From Lachnospiraceae bacterium (GTDB taxonomy: Bacteria > Bacillota > Clostridia > Lachnospirales > Lachnospiraceae), in NCBI GenBank assembly GCA_022510615.1, contig JAFLTC010000002.1, forward strand, positions 67,850-131,849: a DNA stretch of 64,000 nucleotides, written 5' to 3'. Shown in pieces: positions 19,003 through 28,604 of this stretch (position 1 is the stretch's first letter; every line of letters starts with the position of its first letter). The notes below the pieces were generated by a model. That model worked only from the letters and a program-made list of their open reading frames with translations. It ran no database searches and was not told where the DNA came from. Both the position numbers and the translations under genes were made by a program.

Positions 19003-20166
19003 ATGAGTGAATTTAAAAATCATGCAATAAATACAAAATTGATTCATGGAGGGATTTCCACAGATGAGGCAACAGGGGCAGTAAATGTCCCGATTTACCA
19101 GACCTCGACCTTTAAGCAGGAAATTCCGGGCGTACATAAAGGATATGAATATTCTCGAACCGGGAATCCGACAAGAGAGGCGCTGGAAGCATTGATTGCA
19201 GAGTTAGAGGAGGGAATAGCCGGATTTGCCTTTGCCTCCGGGCTGGCAGCCATTACCGCAGTACTCAGCCTGTTTCAGACCGGGGATAAGCTGGTTATAT
19301 CCGATAACGTGTACGGCGGAACCTTCCGGGTACTGGATAAGGTCTTCAATAATTTTGGCATTGGCTATGTGTTAGTAGATACGACAGATATTAACAAGGT
19401 AGAAGAAGCCATAGATGAAACCGTGAAGGCGGTATATATTGAAACTCCGACCAATCCGCTCCTTGGCATTACGGATATCCGTGCCGTGTCGGAAATTGCA
19501 AAGAAAAAAGGGCTTCTAACGATTGTGGATAATACCTTCTATACACCGTATCTGCAGAGACCGATTCCGGAAGGGGCGGATATTGTCATTCACAGTGCTA
19601 CAAAGTATCTGGGAGGACACAGTGATGTAGTGGCAGGGCTGGTTGTGGTAAATGATAAAGAGCTGGCAGAAAAAATTGCCTTTTTGCAAAATTCCACCGG
19701 CGGAGTGCTTTCTCCATTTGATTCCTTTTTACTGATTCGGGGTATCCGGACGTTGGGTGTACGGCTGGACCGGCATGTGGAAAACGCAGAAAAGCTGGCA
19801 CAGTTTTTGCAGGGTCATCCGGAAGTAAAAAAGGTATACTATCCGGGATTGAAAGAGCATCCGGGATATAAAATTAATAAAAAGCAGGCAAAGAACGGCG
19901 GTGCTATGATTGCCTTTGAATTAACGGAAAACCATGATGTTAATAGATTTTTCAAAAACCTTCATATTATCAGTCTGGCAGAGAGTCTGGGAGGAATTGA
20001 ATCCCTTGTCTGCCATCCGGCTTCCATGACCCATGCGGCAATTCCGGAAGAAATCCGGAATGCGGTGGGAATTACAAAAGGACTCATCCGGCTCTCTACC
20101 GGAATAGAGGAGAGAGAGGAATTAAGGCAGGATTTGGAGCAGGCGATTACCGCTTCCCGGATTTGA
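19003..20166 (+). CDS. mccB: Cystathionine gamma-lyase / PLP-dependent transsulfuration enzyme
   Basis: PIYQTSTF, YSRTGNPT, ETPTNP, DNTF, HSATKYLGGHSD and SLGGIESL motifs. Adjacent to an MccA-like gene. Confidence 0.85.
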   Translation: MSEFKNHAINTKLIHGGISTDEATGAVNVPIYQTSTFKQEIPGVHKGYEYSRTGNPTREALEALIAELEEGIAGFAFASGLAAITAVLSLFQTGDKLVISDNVYGGTFRVLDKVFNNFGIGYVLVDTTDINKVEEAIDETVKAVYIETPTNPLLGITDIRAVSEIAKKKGLLTIVDNTFYTPYLQRPIPEGADIVIHSATKYLGGHSDVVAGLVVVNDKELAEKIAFLQNSTGGVLSPFDSFLLIRGIRTLGVRLDRHVENAEKLAQFLQGHPEVKKVYYPGLKEHPGYKINKKQAKNGGAMIAFELTENHDVNRFFKNLHIISLAESLGGIESLVCHPASMTHAAIPEEIRNAVGITKGLIRLSTGIEEREELRQDLEQAITASRI

Positions 20167-20179
20167 AAGGGGGAGGCCT

Positions 20180-21097
20180 ATGAAATACTATGAATCTACA
20201 CAGGATATGATTGGCGATACCCCCATGGTTAAGCTCTCTTACATGGGAGCGGGCCTTAGGCCAGAGATATTTGCAAAATTGGAACTCTACAATCCGTCGG
20301 GCAGTGTAAAAGACCGTATCGGAAAATACATGATAGAGGATGCTGAGAAAAAAGGGTTGCTAAAGCAGGGTTCCACAATCGTGGAAGCTACGGCGGGAAA
20401 CACCGGACTGGGAATAGCCTTTGCCGCATTAAACAAAGGTTACCGGATTATCTTTGTCGTGCCGGATAAATTTTCCATAGAAAAGCAGCAGTTAATGAAA
20501 GCACTGGGAGCAGAGCTGGTGCATACGGCGAGAAAAGACGGTATGCAGGGAGCCGTGAAGAAGGCGGAAGAACTGAGGGAGGAAATCCCCGGAGCCATTT
20601 CTCTGGAGCAGTTTAAAAACCAGAGCAATCCCCTGGCTCATTATGAGACAACGGGACCGGAAATCTATGAAGCCATGGAAGGCAACATTGATTATGTGGT
20701 GTTAGGTGCCGGAAGCGGAGGAACCTTTACCGGAATAGTAAAGTATCTGAAGGAAAGAAATCCGAAGATACAGGGAATTTTGGCAGATCCCATTGGCTCC
20801 ACCATAGGAGGCGGAGAACATGGTGATTACAATATAGAAGGAATCGGGAATGATTTCATTGCGGACACAATGGACATAAGTCTTGTGGATGAGGTCATTA
20901 AGGTGTCCGACAGAGAAGCCTTTGAGGCTTCCCGCCAGCTGGCAAAAAAAGAGGGGATATTTGCAGGAAGCTCCTCCGGTGCGGCACTGGCCGCCGCCAT
21001 AAAGCTGGCAGAAACAAAGGCGGGCGGAAATATTGTTGTGGTATTACCGGACAGGGGTGACAGATATTTCAGTGCCCACTTATATGATGAGGAATGA
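20180..21097 (+). CDS. mccA: O-acetylserine-dependent cystathionine beta-synthase / cysteine synthase family enzyme
   Basis: NPSGSVKDR, EATAGNTG, GSGGT and IEGIG motifs. The ATAGNTG/KFS-EK signature and pairing with mccB favour MccA over CysK. Confidence 0.75.
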   Translation: MKYYESTQDMIGDTPMVKLSYMGAGLRPEIFAKLELYNPSGSVKDRIGKYMIEDAEKKGLLKQGSTIVEATAGNTGLGIAFAALNKGYRIIFVVPDKFSIEKQQLMKALGAELVHTARKDGMQGAVKKAEELREEIPGAISLEQFKNQSNPLAHYETTGPEIYEAMEGNIDYVVLGAGSGGTFTGIVKYLKERNPKIQGILADPIGSTIGGGEHGDYNIEGIGNDFIADTMDISLVDEVIKVSDREAFEASRQLAKKEGIFAGSSSGAALAAAIKLAETKAGGNIVVVLPDRGDRYFSAHLYDEE

Positions 21098-21111
21098 AAG
21101 GTGGTATAACC

Positions 21112-22146
21112 ATGAGCGAAGAAACAGAAATATTCCGGCTGGAGCATGTATCCAAAGTATTCCGGGACAAAAATGCGGAAGTTACGGCGGTGGATGATGT
21201 CAGCCTCAGTATCCATAAGGGCGAGGTGTTTGGCATTATTGGTATGAGCGGTGCCGGTAAAAGTACGCTGGTTCGGACGCTGAATCGACTGGAAAATGTG
21301 ACAGAGGGAAGGATTTCCTTTGACGGTGAGGTTTTAGGAGAACTGTCGGAGAAAAGACTTCGAAAGGTCAGACAGTCCATGGCGATGATATTCCAGAGCT
21401 TTAATCTGCTGATGCAGAAAAATGTGCTGGCAAATGTAATGCTGCCGATGAAAATAGCTAAGGTAGAAAGAAAAGAGCGGAGAGAACGAGCGCTTGAAAT
21501 GCTCCGGGTAGTAGGATTAGAGGATAAGGCGAAAGCATATCCGGCACAGCTGTCCGGTGGGCAGAAACAGAGAGTTGCCATTGCCAGAGCACTATCCATG
21601 AATCCGAAGGTTCTTCTCTGCGATGAGGCCACCAGTGCCTTAGACCCGAAAATTACCGAGGAAATTCTGACTTTGCTGGGAGAAATTAACAAGACGATGA
21701 AGCTGACCATTGTCATTATCACCCACGAAATGTCCGTGGTAGAAAAAATCTGTGACAGGGTAGCGATTATTGATAAAGGGAAATTAGCCGAGGTAGGACC
21801 GGTGGAGGAAATCTTTACCAGTCCAAAGACAGAAGCAGCAAAACATCTTGTATTCCCGGCGAAGCAGGAAATGGATAATCCCTTCCATATGACAGATAAA
21901 AGATGTGTCCGGATTGTATTTGACGGACTTGCCGCCAATGAGCCGATTATTGCCAACCTGGTGCAGGATACCGGGGAAAAGGTAAATATCCTCTGTGCCA
22001 ATACAAAAAGTGTTGGCGGTGTGGGATTTGGGCAGATGATAGTAGAGCTGCCTAAAAACCCGGATGCGGCAGAAAGAGTATTAGAGTATTTCAAACAGGC
22101 AGGTGTAGTTACCACTGAGGTTGAGAGAGAGGAGGAAAATGTATGA
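21112..22146 (+). CDS. metN: Methionine ABC transporter ATP-binding protein
   Basis: GMSGAGKS, LSGGQKQR, CDEATSALDP motifs and a C-terminal NIL domain. Confidence 0.92.
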   Translation: MSEETEIFRLEHVSKVFRDKNAEVTAVDDVSLSIHKGEVFGIIGMSGAGKSTLVRTLNRLENVTEGRISFDGEVLGELSEKRLRKVRQSMAMIFQSFNLLMQKNVLANVMLPMKIAKVERKERRERALEMLRVVGLEDKAKAYPAQLSGGQKQRVAIARALSMNPKVLLCDEATSALDPKITEEILTLLGEINKTMKLTIVIITHEMSVVEKICDRVAIIDKGKLAEVGPVEEIFTSPKTEAAKHLVFPAKQEMDNPFHMTDKRCVRIVFDGLAANEPIIANLVQDTGEKVNILCANTKSVGGVGFGQMIVELPKNPDAAERVLEYFKQAGVVTTEVEREEENV

Positions 22147-22796
22147 CACAACAGCTTTGGGAAATGATTGGTCAGGGAGTAGTCGAAACTCTCCAGATGA
22201 CGGTTATTTCTACGATATTAGCCTATGTCGTAGGGCTGCCACTGGGTATCGTTCTGGTCATAACGGATAAAGGACATATTTTACCAAACCGGATTGTAAA
22301 TGGAATTATCGGAGCCATTGTAAACATATTCCGTTCCATTCCCTTTCTTATCCTGTTAGTATTTCTGATTCCTTTTACCAGATTTGTAACCGGAGCGTCC
22401 ATTGGAACGACGGCAACGATTGTGCCGCTGACAGTGGGAGCCATACCGATTATCGCCCGTATGGTGGAATCGTCCTTAAAGGAGGTGCCGTCGGGAATTA
22501 TCGAGGCAGCACAGGCGATGGGGGCCTCCCCCATAGAGATTATAACACGCTTTTTATTACCGGAGGCAGTGCCTTCCCTGCTCTTAGGGGCAGCCATTAA
22601 CCTGGCAACCATCCTTGGCTATTCAGCCATGGCAGGATGTATCGGCGGTGGCGGACTTGGCGCAATCGCATTAAACTATGGATATTATCGGTATCAGACA
22701 GATGTTTTGTGGATAACTGTAGCGATACTGATAATCATTGTGCAGATTTTCCAGGAAGTGGGAACACGACTTTCTGTTAATCGACGACATTCATAA
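22143..22796 (+). CDS. metI: Methionine ABC transporter permease
   Basis: RSIPFLIL, EAAQAMGAS and SAMAG-IGGGGLG motifs. Confidence 0.92.
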   Translation: MTQQLWEMIGQGVVETLQMTVISTILAYVVGLPLGIVLVITDKGHILPNRIVNGIIGAIVNIFRSIPFLILLVFLIPFTRFVTGASIGTTATIVPLTVGAIPIIARMVESSLKEVPSGIIEAAQAMGASPIEIITRFLLPEAVPSLLLGAAINLATILGYSAMAGCIGGGGLGAIALNYGYYRYQTDVLWITVAILIIIVQIFQEVGTRLSVNRRHS

Positions 22797-22828
22797 ATTA
22801 ATATTAAAAAGTTCAGGAGGAAAGAAAC

Positions 22829-23671
22829 ATGAAGAAATTATTATCACTTGCATTAGTTGCAGCACTCACATTAGGTACCTTGACAGGATGTGGAGAGACA
22901 GAGACTTCCACATCCGAGGGAAATACGGGAACTACAGAAAGTAGTCAGACAATTACCGTAGGGGCTTCTCTGACACCTCACGCAGAGATTTTAAGACAGG
23001 CAAAACCGATTTTAGCTAACGATGGAATCACATTGGAAATTGTAGAAATTGAAGATGTCGTAACACCGAATACCGGATTGGCAGAGGGAAGCTTAGATGC
23101 AAACTTTTTTCAGCATCAGCCGTATCTGGATGATTTCAACAGCGAAAACGGAACAGACTTAGTATCTGTCGGTAATGTACATTATGAGCCATTTGGTATT
23201 TATGCCGGAAAGACAACAAGTCTGGATGCGCTTCCGGACGGGGCAACAGTAGCTGTACCGAATAACGTAACCAACGAGGCGAGAGCACTTCTTTTATTAC
23301 AGCAGGAAGGACTTCTTACCTTAAAGGATGGCGTGGATATTAAAGCAACCGTAAATGACATTGTGGAAAATAAGAAAAATATACAGTTTAAAGAAATTGC
23401 ACCGGAGCAGCTCGTTCGTTCCCTGCCAGATGTAGATGTGGCAGTTATCAATGGAAACTATGCCATTGAGGGCGGCCTTCATGTAAAGGATGCGCTGGCA
23501 GTAGAGTCTGACCAGTCCGTAGCGGCAAAGACCTATGCCAATATTGTAGCGGTGCAGAAAAAGGATGAAAACAACGAAGCGATCAAGAAGCTGATTGAGG
23601 TGCTTCAGGGCGATGAAATCAAAAAGTACATCAATGACACCTATGATGGTGCAGTAGTACCGATTAACTAA
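22829..23671 (+). CDS. metQ: Methionine ABC transporter substrate-binding lipoprotein
   Basis: Lipobox LTGC. PHAEIL, DANFFQHQPYL and NEARALLLL motifs. Confidence 0.92.
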   Translation: MKKLLSLALVAALTLGTLTGCGETETSTSEGNTGTTESSQTITVGASLTPHAEILRQAKPILANDGITLEIVEIEDVVTPNTGLAEGSLDANFFQHQPYLDDFNSENGTDLVSVGNVHYEPFGIYAGKTTSLDALPDGATVAVPNNVTNEARALLLLQQEGLLTLKDGVDIKATVNDIVENKKNIQFKEIAPEQLVRSLPDVDVAVINGNYAIEGGLHVKDALAVESDQSVAAKTYANIVAVQKKDENNEAIKKLIEVLQGDEIKKYINDTYDGAVVPIN

Positions 23672-23704
23672 AACAAAATTTGAAAATTGAAAGGAGATAA
23701 AAAA

Positions 23705-24259
23705 ATGGCTAGAGTAAAATTAGTAGAGGCAAATGAGGTAACAGGGAAAGAAAAGGAAGCGTATGATGAGCTGGCAGGAAGAAATGCTGTGACAAATATG
23801 AAAAGAGCATTATTGCAGGATTATGCTACCTATGATGCGTTCATGGGATGGTATACATCATGGGCTCGTCTGGTAGAGGTTGTGGGCGAAAAAGCAGCAA
23901 CCATCTATGCTCATTCGGTATCCACCACAAACGGATGCCTGTTATGCTCACTGTTCTTTATCAGTGACTTAAAGGATCTGGGACTGGATCCGAATAATCT
24001 GGAGTTTGATGAGAAAGAAAAGCTGCTGGCACAGTTAGGTCAGCAGATTGTAAAGGATCCGACAGCAGTATCTGATGAACTGATTGACGAGTTGAAAGAA
24101 TTCTTTGATGACCGTGAGCTGGTAGTTATCGTAGGATTTGGAGCACAGATGATTGCGACTAACAATTTCAATTCTGTATTAAAGATTGATGTAGATAACA
24201 GACTTCTTTCGATTCAGGGAGAATTTAAACCGGCAACCTGGAGAGAAAATATTCAGTAA
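23705..24259 (+). CDS. AhpD / carboxymuconolactone decarboxylase-like protein
   Basis: VS-x2-NGCLLCS (CxxC) and C-terminal helical AhpD-like pattern. Confidence 0.7.
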   Translation: MARVKLVEANEVTGKEKEAYDELAGRNAVTNMKRALLQDYATYDAFMGWYTSWARLVEVVGEKAATIYAHSVSTTNGCLLCSLFFISDLKDLGLDPNNLEFDEKEKLLAQLGQQIVKDPTAVSDELIDELKEFFDDRELVVIVGFGAQMIATNNFNSVLKIDVDNRLLSIQGEFKPATWRENIQ

Positions 24260-24271
24260 AACAGAGAAAGG

Positions 24272-25447
24272 ATGGGTACAATGGTTAATTTTCAATATCA
24301 TAACCCTGCGAAGATTGTATTTGGACAGGGTTCGGAAAAGGAATTACACAGACTCTTAGAGGAGGAAAAAGCCGCCTCTGTCCTGATGGTCTACAGTGGA
24401 GATTTTATAAAAGAGCTTGGCATTTATGCTGCAGTGGAAAAGATCTGCAAGGATTTGGATATTGCCTTTTATGAAAACGGAACCGTTGTACCAAATCCTT
24501 CTGTGGAACTGGTGCGGGAGTTGGTGACACTTGGCAAGGAGAAAAAAGTAGATTTTGTTCTTGCCGTAGGAGGAGGCAGTGCCATTGACACGGCAAAGGC
24601 GATTGCCCTGGGAATTCCTTATGAAGGAGATGTATGGGATTTCTTTGACAAGGGTGTTTTGCCGGAGGAGGTTTTACCGACTGGCGTGATTACCACCCTG
24701 CCGGCCAGTGGCTCGGAAACTTCGAACTGTGCCATTATCTCCAATGGAGAGTGGAAGTTAGGTTTTGAGGATGACCGGATTATTCCGAAATTCGCCATTA
24801 TGAATCCGGAGTATACACTGGGACTTCCGGCATATCAGACCTCCTGTGGCGTGGCGGATATTTTATCTCATCTGTTGGAGCGGTATTTTTCCGACGTAAC
24901 CCACACGGATGTTACCGATTATCTGCTGGAGGGAGCGATTAATGCCCTTCTTGTCAATGGGGACAGGCTGATAAAAAATCCTGAAAATCTGGAGGCAAGA
25001 GCAGAAATCCAGTGGCTTGCTTCCATCGCTCACAATAATCTTTTAGATACGGGAAGAGTAGCGGACTGGGGTTCCCACCGCATTGAACATGAATTAAGTG
25101 CCCAATACGGCATTACCCACGGTGAGGGTATGGCGGTGGTACTGGTGGCATGGACCAAATATATGGCGAAGGTAAAACCGTGGAAATTAGCCCAGCTTGC
25201 CAACCGTGTATTTCATGTGGATGACCGGAACTATACCGAGGAAGAGATGGCAGAAATTTTATCGGAGAAGTTAAAGGCATTCTTTATATCGCTGAATTTA
25301 AAAACCTCATTGGCGGAGTTGTCCATCGGTTCTGAGCATTTTGAGGAAATGGCAGACCGGGCAACGAAAAACGGAACCCAGACGGTAGGACATTATGTGC
25401 CGTTAGACAAAGGGAAATTTCAGGAAGTGTTAGCGCTGGCTCTTTGA
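24272..25447 (+). CDS. Iron-containing alcohol dehydrogenase (BdhA/YqhD-like)
   Basis: GGGSAIDTAK, ASGSE, SHRIEHELS and HGEG motifs. Confidence 0.9.
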   Translation: MGTMVNFQYHNPAKIVFGQGSEKELHRLLEEEKAASVLMVYSGDFIKELGIYAAVEKICKDLDIAFYENGTVVPNPSVELVRELVTLGKEKKVDFVLAVGGGSAIDTAKAIALGIPYEGDVWDFFDKGVLPEEVLPTGVITTLPASGSETSNCAIISNGEWKLGFEDDRIIPKFAIMNPEYTLGLPAYQTSCGVADILSHLLERYFSDVTHTDVTDYLLEGAINALLVNGDRLIKNPENLEARAEIQWLASIAHNNLLDTGRVADWGSHRIEHELSAQYGITHGEGMAVVLVAWTKYMAKVKPWKLAQLANRVFHVDDRNYTEEEMAEILSEKLKAFFISLNLKTSLAELSIGSEHFEEMADRATKNGTQTVGHYVPLDKGKFQEVLALAL

Positions 25448-25489
25448 ATCGGTACATAATACAGGCGCACTAACAGAAAGGAGACCGGG

Positions 25490-26329
25490 GTGAAATTTTC
25501 AGTAAACAATTCATATCGGGATTTGGAATATAAAACAAAAGAGAGGATGCCGGATGCGGTTCCCCTCAATATTATCAGTGGAGGTTGTCATCTGTATGGC
25601 TATCTTCTGACCCCGGGGGATACTTATGAAGCTCCTCACCCGGCGGTTATCATGTTTCATGGATTTCCCGGCTATACGACCAACAATGATCTGGAATATG
25701 CTTTGATGCGGATGGGCTGTGTCGTAATTCATGTCAATCACCGCGGTGCATGGGGAAGTGAGGGGAATTATTTATTTTCCCATTTGGTGGATGATGCCAT
25801 AGCCATAGCAAAATGGGCGCATAACCCAGCAGTTACAACTCAGTACCAGATCGATGAAAAGGCAATTTTTCTCGTGGGGCACAGTATGGGAGGCATGACG
25901 GTTTTAAATGCAGTGGGGAAATTACCTTTTATCCGTGGCGTAGCAGCCATTGCTCCCTATGATTTGTATGCGGCATTTCATAAAGGACTGGAAAAGGAAC
26001 TGTTTCTCATGATAGAAGGCGAGGGGCAGTGCCTGCATATGACTTCAGCCAGTGCGGTTTATGAAAATGCCATGGAGTACAGCGGAAGTCTTTCTGTTGT
26101 CCAGACCTATGACCACTTAAAGGACCAGAACGTGCTTTTTGTAGCGGCCACGGAAGATACGGTGGCACCGGTGGAGTATATGATTATGCCGGTCTATGAC
26201 CGTCTGATAAAAAATCCAGGGAAGGGGCAGTGTGAGCTGATTTCCTTGGATACGAACCACGGCCTGTGCGGACAGCGGATTAGGCTGGCAGAAACGCTGG
26301 GGCGATGGATGGAGCAGCAGTTAAAATAG
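25490..26329 (+). CDS. Alpha/beta hydrolase
   Basis: HGFPG, RGAWGSEG, GHSMGG, plus catalytic D and H candidates. Confidence 0.85.
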   Translation: MKFSVNNSYRDLEYKTKERMPDAVPLNIISGGCHLYGYLLTPGDTYEAPHPAVIMFHGFPGYTTNNDLEYALMRMGCVVIHVNHRGAWGSEGNYLFSHLVDDAIAIAKWAHNPAVTTQYQIDEKAIFLVGHSMGGMTVLNAVGKLPFIRGVAAIAPYDLYAAFHKGLEKELFLMIEGEGQCLHMTSASAVYENAMEYSGSLSVVQTYDHLKDQNVLFVAATEDTVAPVEYMIMPVYDRLIKNPGKGQCELISLDTNHGLCGQRIRLAETLGRWMEQQLK

Positions 26330-26353
26330 AAACAGAACTAGGAGAGTGATAGT

Positions 26354-26899
26354 ATGACGCGAGAAGAGGCATGGGAATTACTGACAGAATATAATAAAGA
26401 ACCATTTCATCTGGAGCATGCACAGATTGTGGAGCAGACGATGAAATATTTTGCCAGAAAGCTTGGCTACGGTGAGGAAGAGGAATTCTGGGGTATTGTC
26501 GGACTTCTCCATGATTTGGATTTTGAGCAGTTTCCGGAGGAACACTGTATTAAGGAACAGGAAATTATGCGCAGTCGGGGTGTGGAGGAGAGAATGATCC
26601 ATGCCACTGCCAGTCATGGCTATTCCATTACAGTGGACATCGAACCGGAGCATGAAATGGAAAAGGTTCTTTATGCTGTGGATGAGCTAACTGGATTGAT
26701 TGGTGCTGTCGTGAGGATGCGCCCGTCAAAGAGCGTTCAGGATCTGGAGGTGAAATCGGTCAAGAAGAAATATAAAAGTAAGGGCTTTGCGGCAGGCTGT
26801 TCCAGAGAGGTGATTCAGAGGGGAGCGGATATGCTGGACTGGACGTTAGAGGAACTGATACAGCAGACAATCGATGCCCTTCGAACTTTCCAAGATTAA
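26354..26899 (+). CDS. HD-domain (HDIG) hydrolase
   Basis: GLLHDLDFE, DELTGLI and FAAGCSR motifs. Confidence 0.85.
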   Translation: MTREEAWELLTEYNKEPFHLEHAQIVEQTMKYFARKLGYGEEEEFWGIVGLLHDLDFEQFPEEHCIKEQEIMRSRGVEERMIHATASHGYSITVDIEPEHEMEKVLYAVDELTGLIGAVVRMRPSKSVQDLEVKSVKKKYKSKGFAAGCSREVIQRGADMLDWTLEELIQQTIDALRTFQD

Positions 26900-27035
26900 A
26901 AAAATAAAAAAATTTATATTTTTGCAACATATTCTCCTGTTGAATCGTTTTATTGGTATAAAGAGTAAAAAATACCCGCAACGCAATTAAATAGTGCAGG
27001 ATTCGGGAGGAGAAAGTTTTTTTATATCGGGAGTG

Positions 27036-27079
27036 GCACCGCCAGTTTGGACCTTGGTTCAGATTGGCGGTGCTTTTTT
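27036..27079 (+). terminator. Rho-independent terminator
   Basis: GCACCGCCAGTTTGGAC / GTTCAGATTGGCGGTGC followed by T6. Confidence 0.85.
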
Positions 27080-27143
27080 GCTATCTGTCAGGATTTGTGA
27101 TAAAATCCAGATAGATAGAAATATTAATAGCAGGGAGGTACGC

Positions 27144-27836
27144 ATGGATAACCGTCATAAGGAACTAAAGAAATGGCTGAAGGAAGAGGCGGGGGTAGAT
27201 TATAAAAAATTTTCTGCCAGTCTGGTTCCCGGCTGTGATAATATGCTGGGCGTAAGAATTCCTCTGCTACGAAAGAAAGCAAAGGAACTGGCAAAGGAGA
27301 ACTGGCGTGAATTTGTCCGGGAATCACAGGATGAATTTTTTGAAGAGACGATGATTGCCGGTATGGTAATCGGTTATGCCAAGGCAGATATTTATGAAAA
27401 GATAGACGCCGTGCGGGAATTTATTCCCCGCATTCAGAACTGGTCGGTAAACGACTGTTTTTGTAGTACGATTAAGCTGAAGCCGTCAGAGAGGGAACCC
27501 TTCTGGGATTTTCTTATGGAGTATAAAGATTCCAAAAAGGAGTTCGAGGTGCGGGTGGTGGCGGTTATGCTGTTAGATCAGTACCTGATACCGGAATATA
27601 TTGAAAAAACTGTGAAAACCCTTGATTATCTATATGATGGGGATTATTATGGAAGCATGGCGATTGCCTGGGCATTGGCTACGGCGTATGCAAAATTTCC
27701 GAGGGAAACGTTGTCGCTTTTGCAGGGAAAAAATCATTTGTCTGATTTTACTTATAACAAGGCGATTCAAAAAATGACGGAGTCATACCGGGTATCCCCG
27801 GAGGACAAGGCGATGCTTCGGAGTATGAAACGGTAA
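27144..27836 (+). CDS. DNA alkylation repair protein (AlkD-like HEAT-repeat glycosylase)
   Basis: LGVRIPLLRK-AK, NWSVND and MAIAWALAT motifs. GGAGG RBS and its own TTGCTA-17-TAAAAT promoter. Confidence 0.85.
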   Translation: MDNRHKELKKWLKEEAGVDYKKFSASLVPGCDNMLGVRIPLLRKKAKELAKENWREFVRESQDEFFEETMIAGMVIGYAKADIYEKIDAVREFIPRIQNWSVNDCFCSTIKLKPSEREPFWDFLMEYKDSKKEFEVRVVAVMLLDQYLIPEYIEKTVKTLDYLYDGDYYGSMAIAWALATAYAKFPRETLSLLQGKNHLSDFTYNKAIQKMTESYRVSPEDKAMLRSMKR

Positions 27837-27849
27837 AGGAGAGATCTGA

Positions 27850-28488
27850 ATGAAAGAACGATGGATAAAAATACAAACAGCACTGATTGTACTTGTACTA
27901 GTGGCCTTTGGTGTAGTGGAATATATTCAGCTGATGAATGCTTTTGACTTGCCGCAGGTTATGTTGGTGATGCCGGTGACAGGGGCAGTATCGGTAATTG
28001 TGCTGAAAAAGTTCAGCTTTTTAGTCCCTGTCGGTACAGCACTTCTTGCCTGTATGTACCAGATCGTGGCGGGAGATTCCAATGCCATTACTTACTTACA
28101 GACGAATGCGGGGAGTGTTCTTAGAATCCTTGCTTATGTGCTGCCAATCTGCCTGCTTTTTATGCTGCTCGGCATGGGTGGCGGAGCTTTGATTCGCGTA
28201 CTTATCAATCGGAAAAAGAAAATTGCTGTCGGGGTAGTCTGCCTGATTGCCGGACTGGTTATCATATTTACCCCGTATCTATTTGTTTTTGGAAATCCTC
28301 TCTATCCGATTCAGGCACGCATCCGCCTGAACCGTTACGCAGAAGAGAACTTTACGGATGATGAAATCACTGAGAAACGAATTTATTTCAGCATGCAGAC
28401 CTCGGATTACCAGTGCCGTGTCTTTATGTCAGACGGTGTCCTGCACCAGATTGGCATCGATGAAAATGGCGATGTGACGGAAGGGTAG
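27850..28488 (+). CDS. Hypothetical multi-pass membrane protein
   Basis: RBS present. About 5 hydrophobic segments. Confidence 0.7.
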   Translation: MKERWIKIQTALIVLVLVAFGVVEYIQLMNAFDLPQVMLVMPVTGAVSVIVLKKFSFLVPVGTALLACMYQIVAGDSNAITYLQTNAGSVLRILAYVLPICLLFMLLGMGGGALIRVLINRKKKIAVGVVCLIAGLVIIFTPYLFVFGNPLYPIQARIRLNRYAEENFTDDEITEKRIYFSMQTSDYQCRVFMSDGVLHQIGIDENGDVTEG

Positions 28489-28552
28489 TGTAACGGTGCC
28501 GTTAGGTTAGTGCACGACCATCTAGTTTTGCGGTTTATAATCGCAAAACTTA

Positions 28553-28581
28553 TTGAAATTATAAATAATTTCGGGTATAAT
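28553..28581 (+). promoter_or_regulatory. SigA promoter of the AAA ATPase gene
   Basis: TTGAAA-17-TATAAT, preceded by the palindrome AGTTTTGCG...CGCAAAACT. Confidence 0.65.
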
Positions 28582-28604
28582 ACGTATAATAGGAGGTGGT
28601 CGAA

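Noticed and set aside
21069-22151. Long antisense ORFs (360 aa opposite metN, 302 aa at 33929-34837, and similar shadows)
   Set aside because: They are antisense shadows of well-conserved genes, with no RBS or family motifs.
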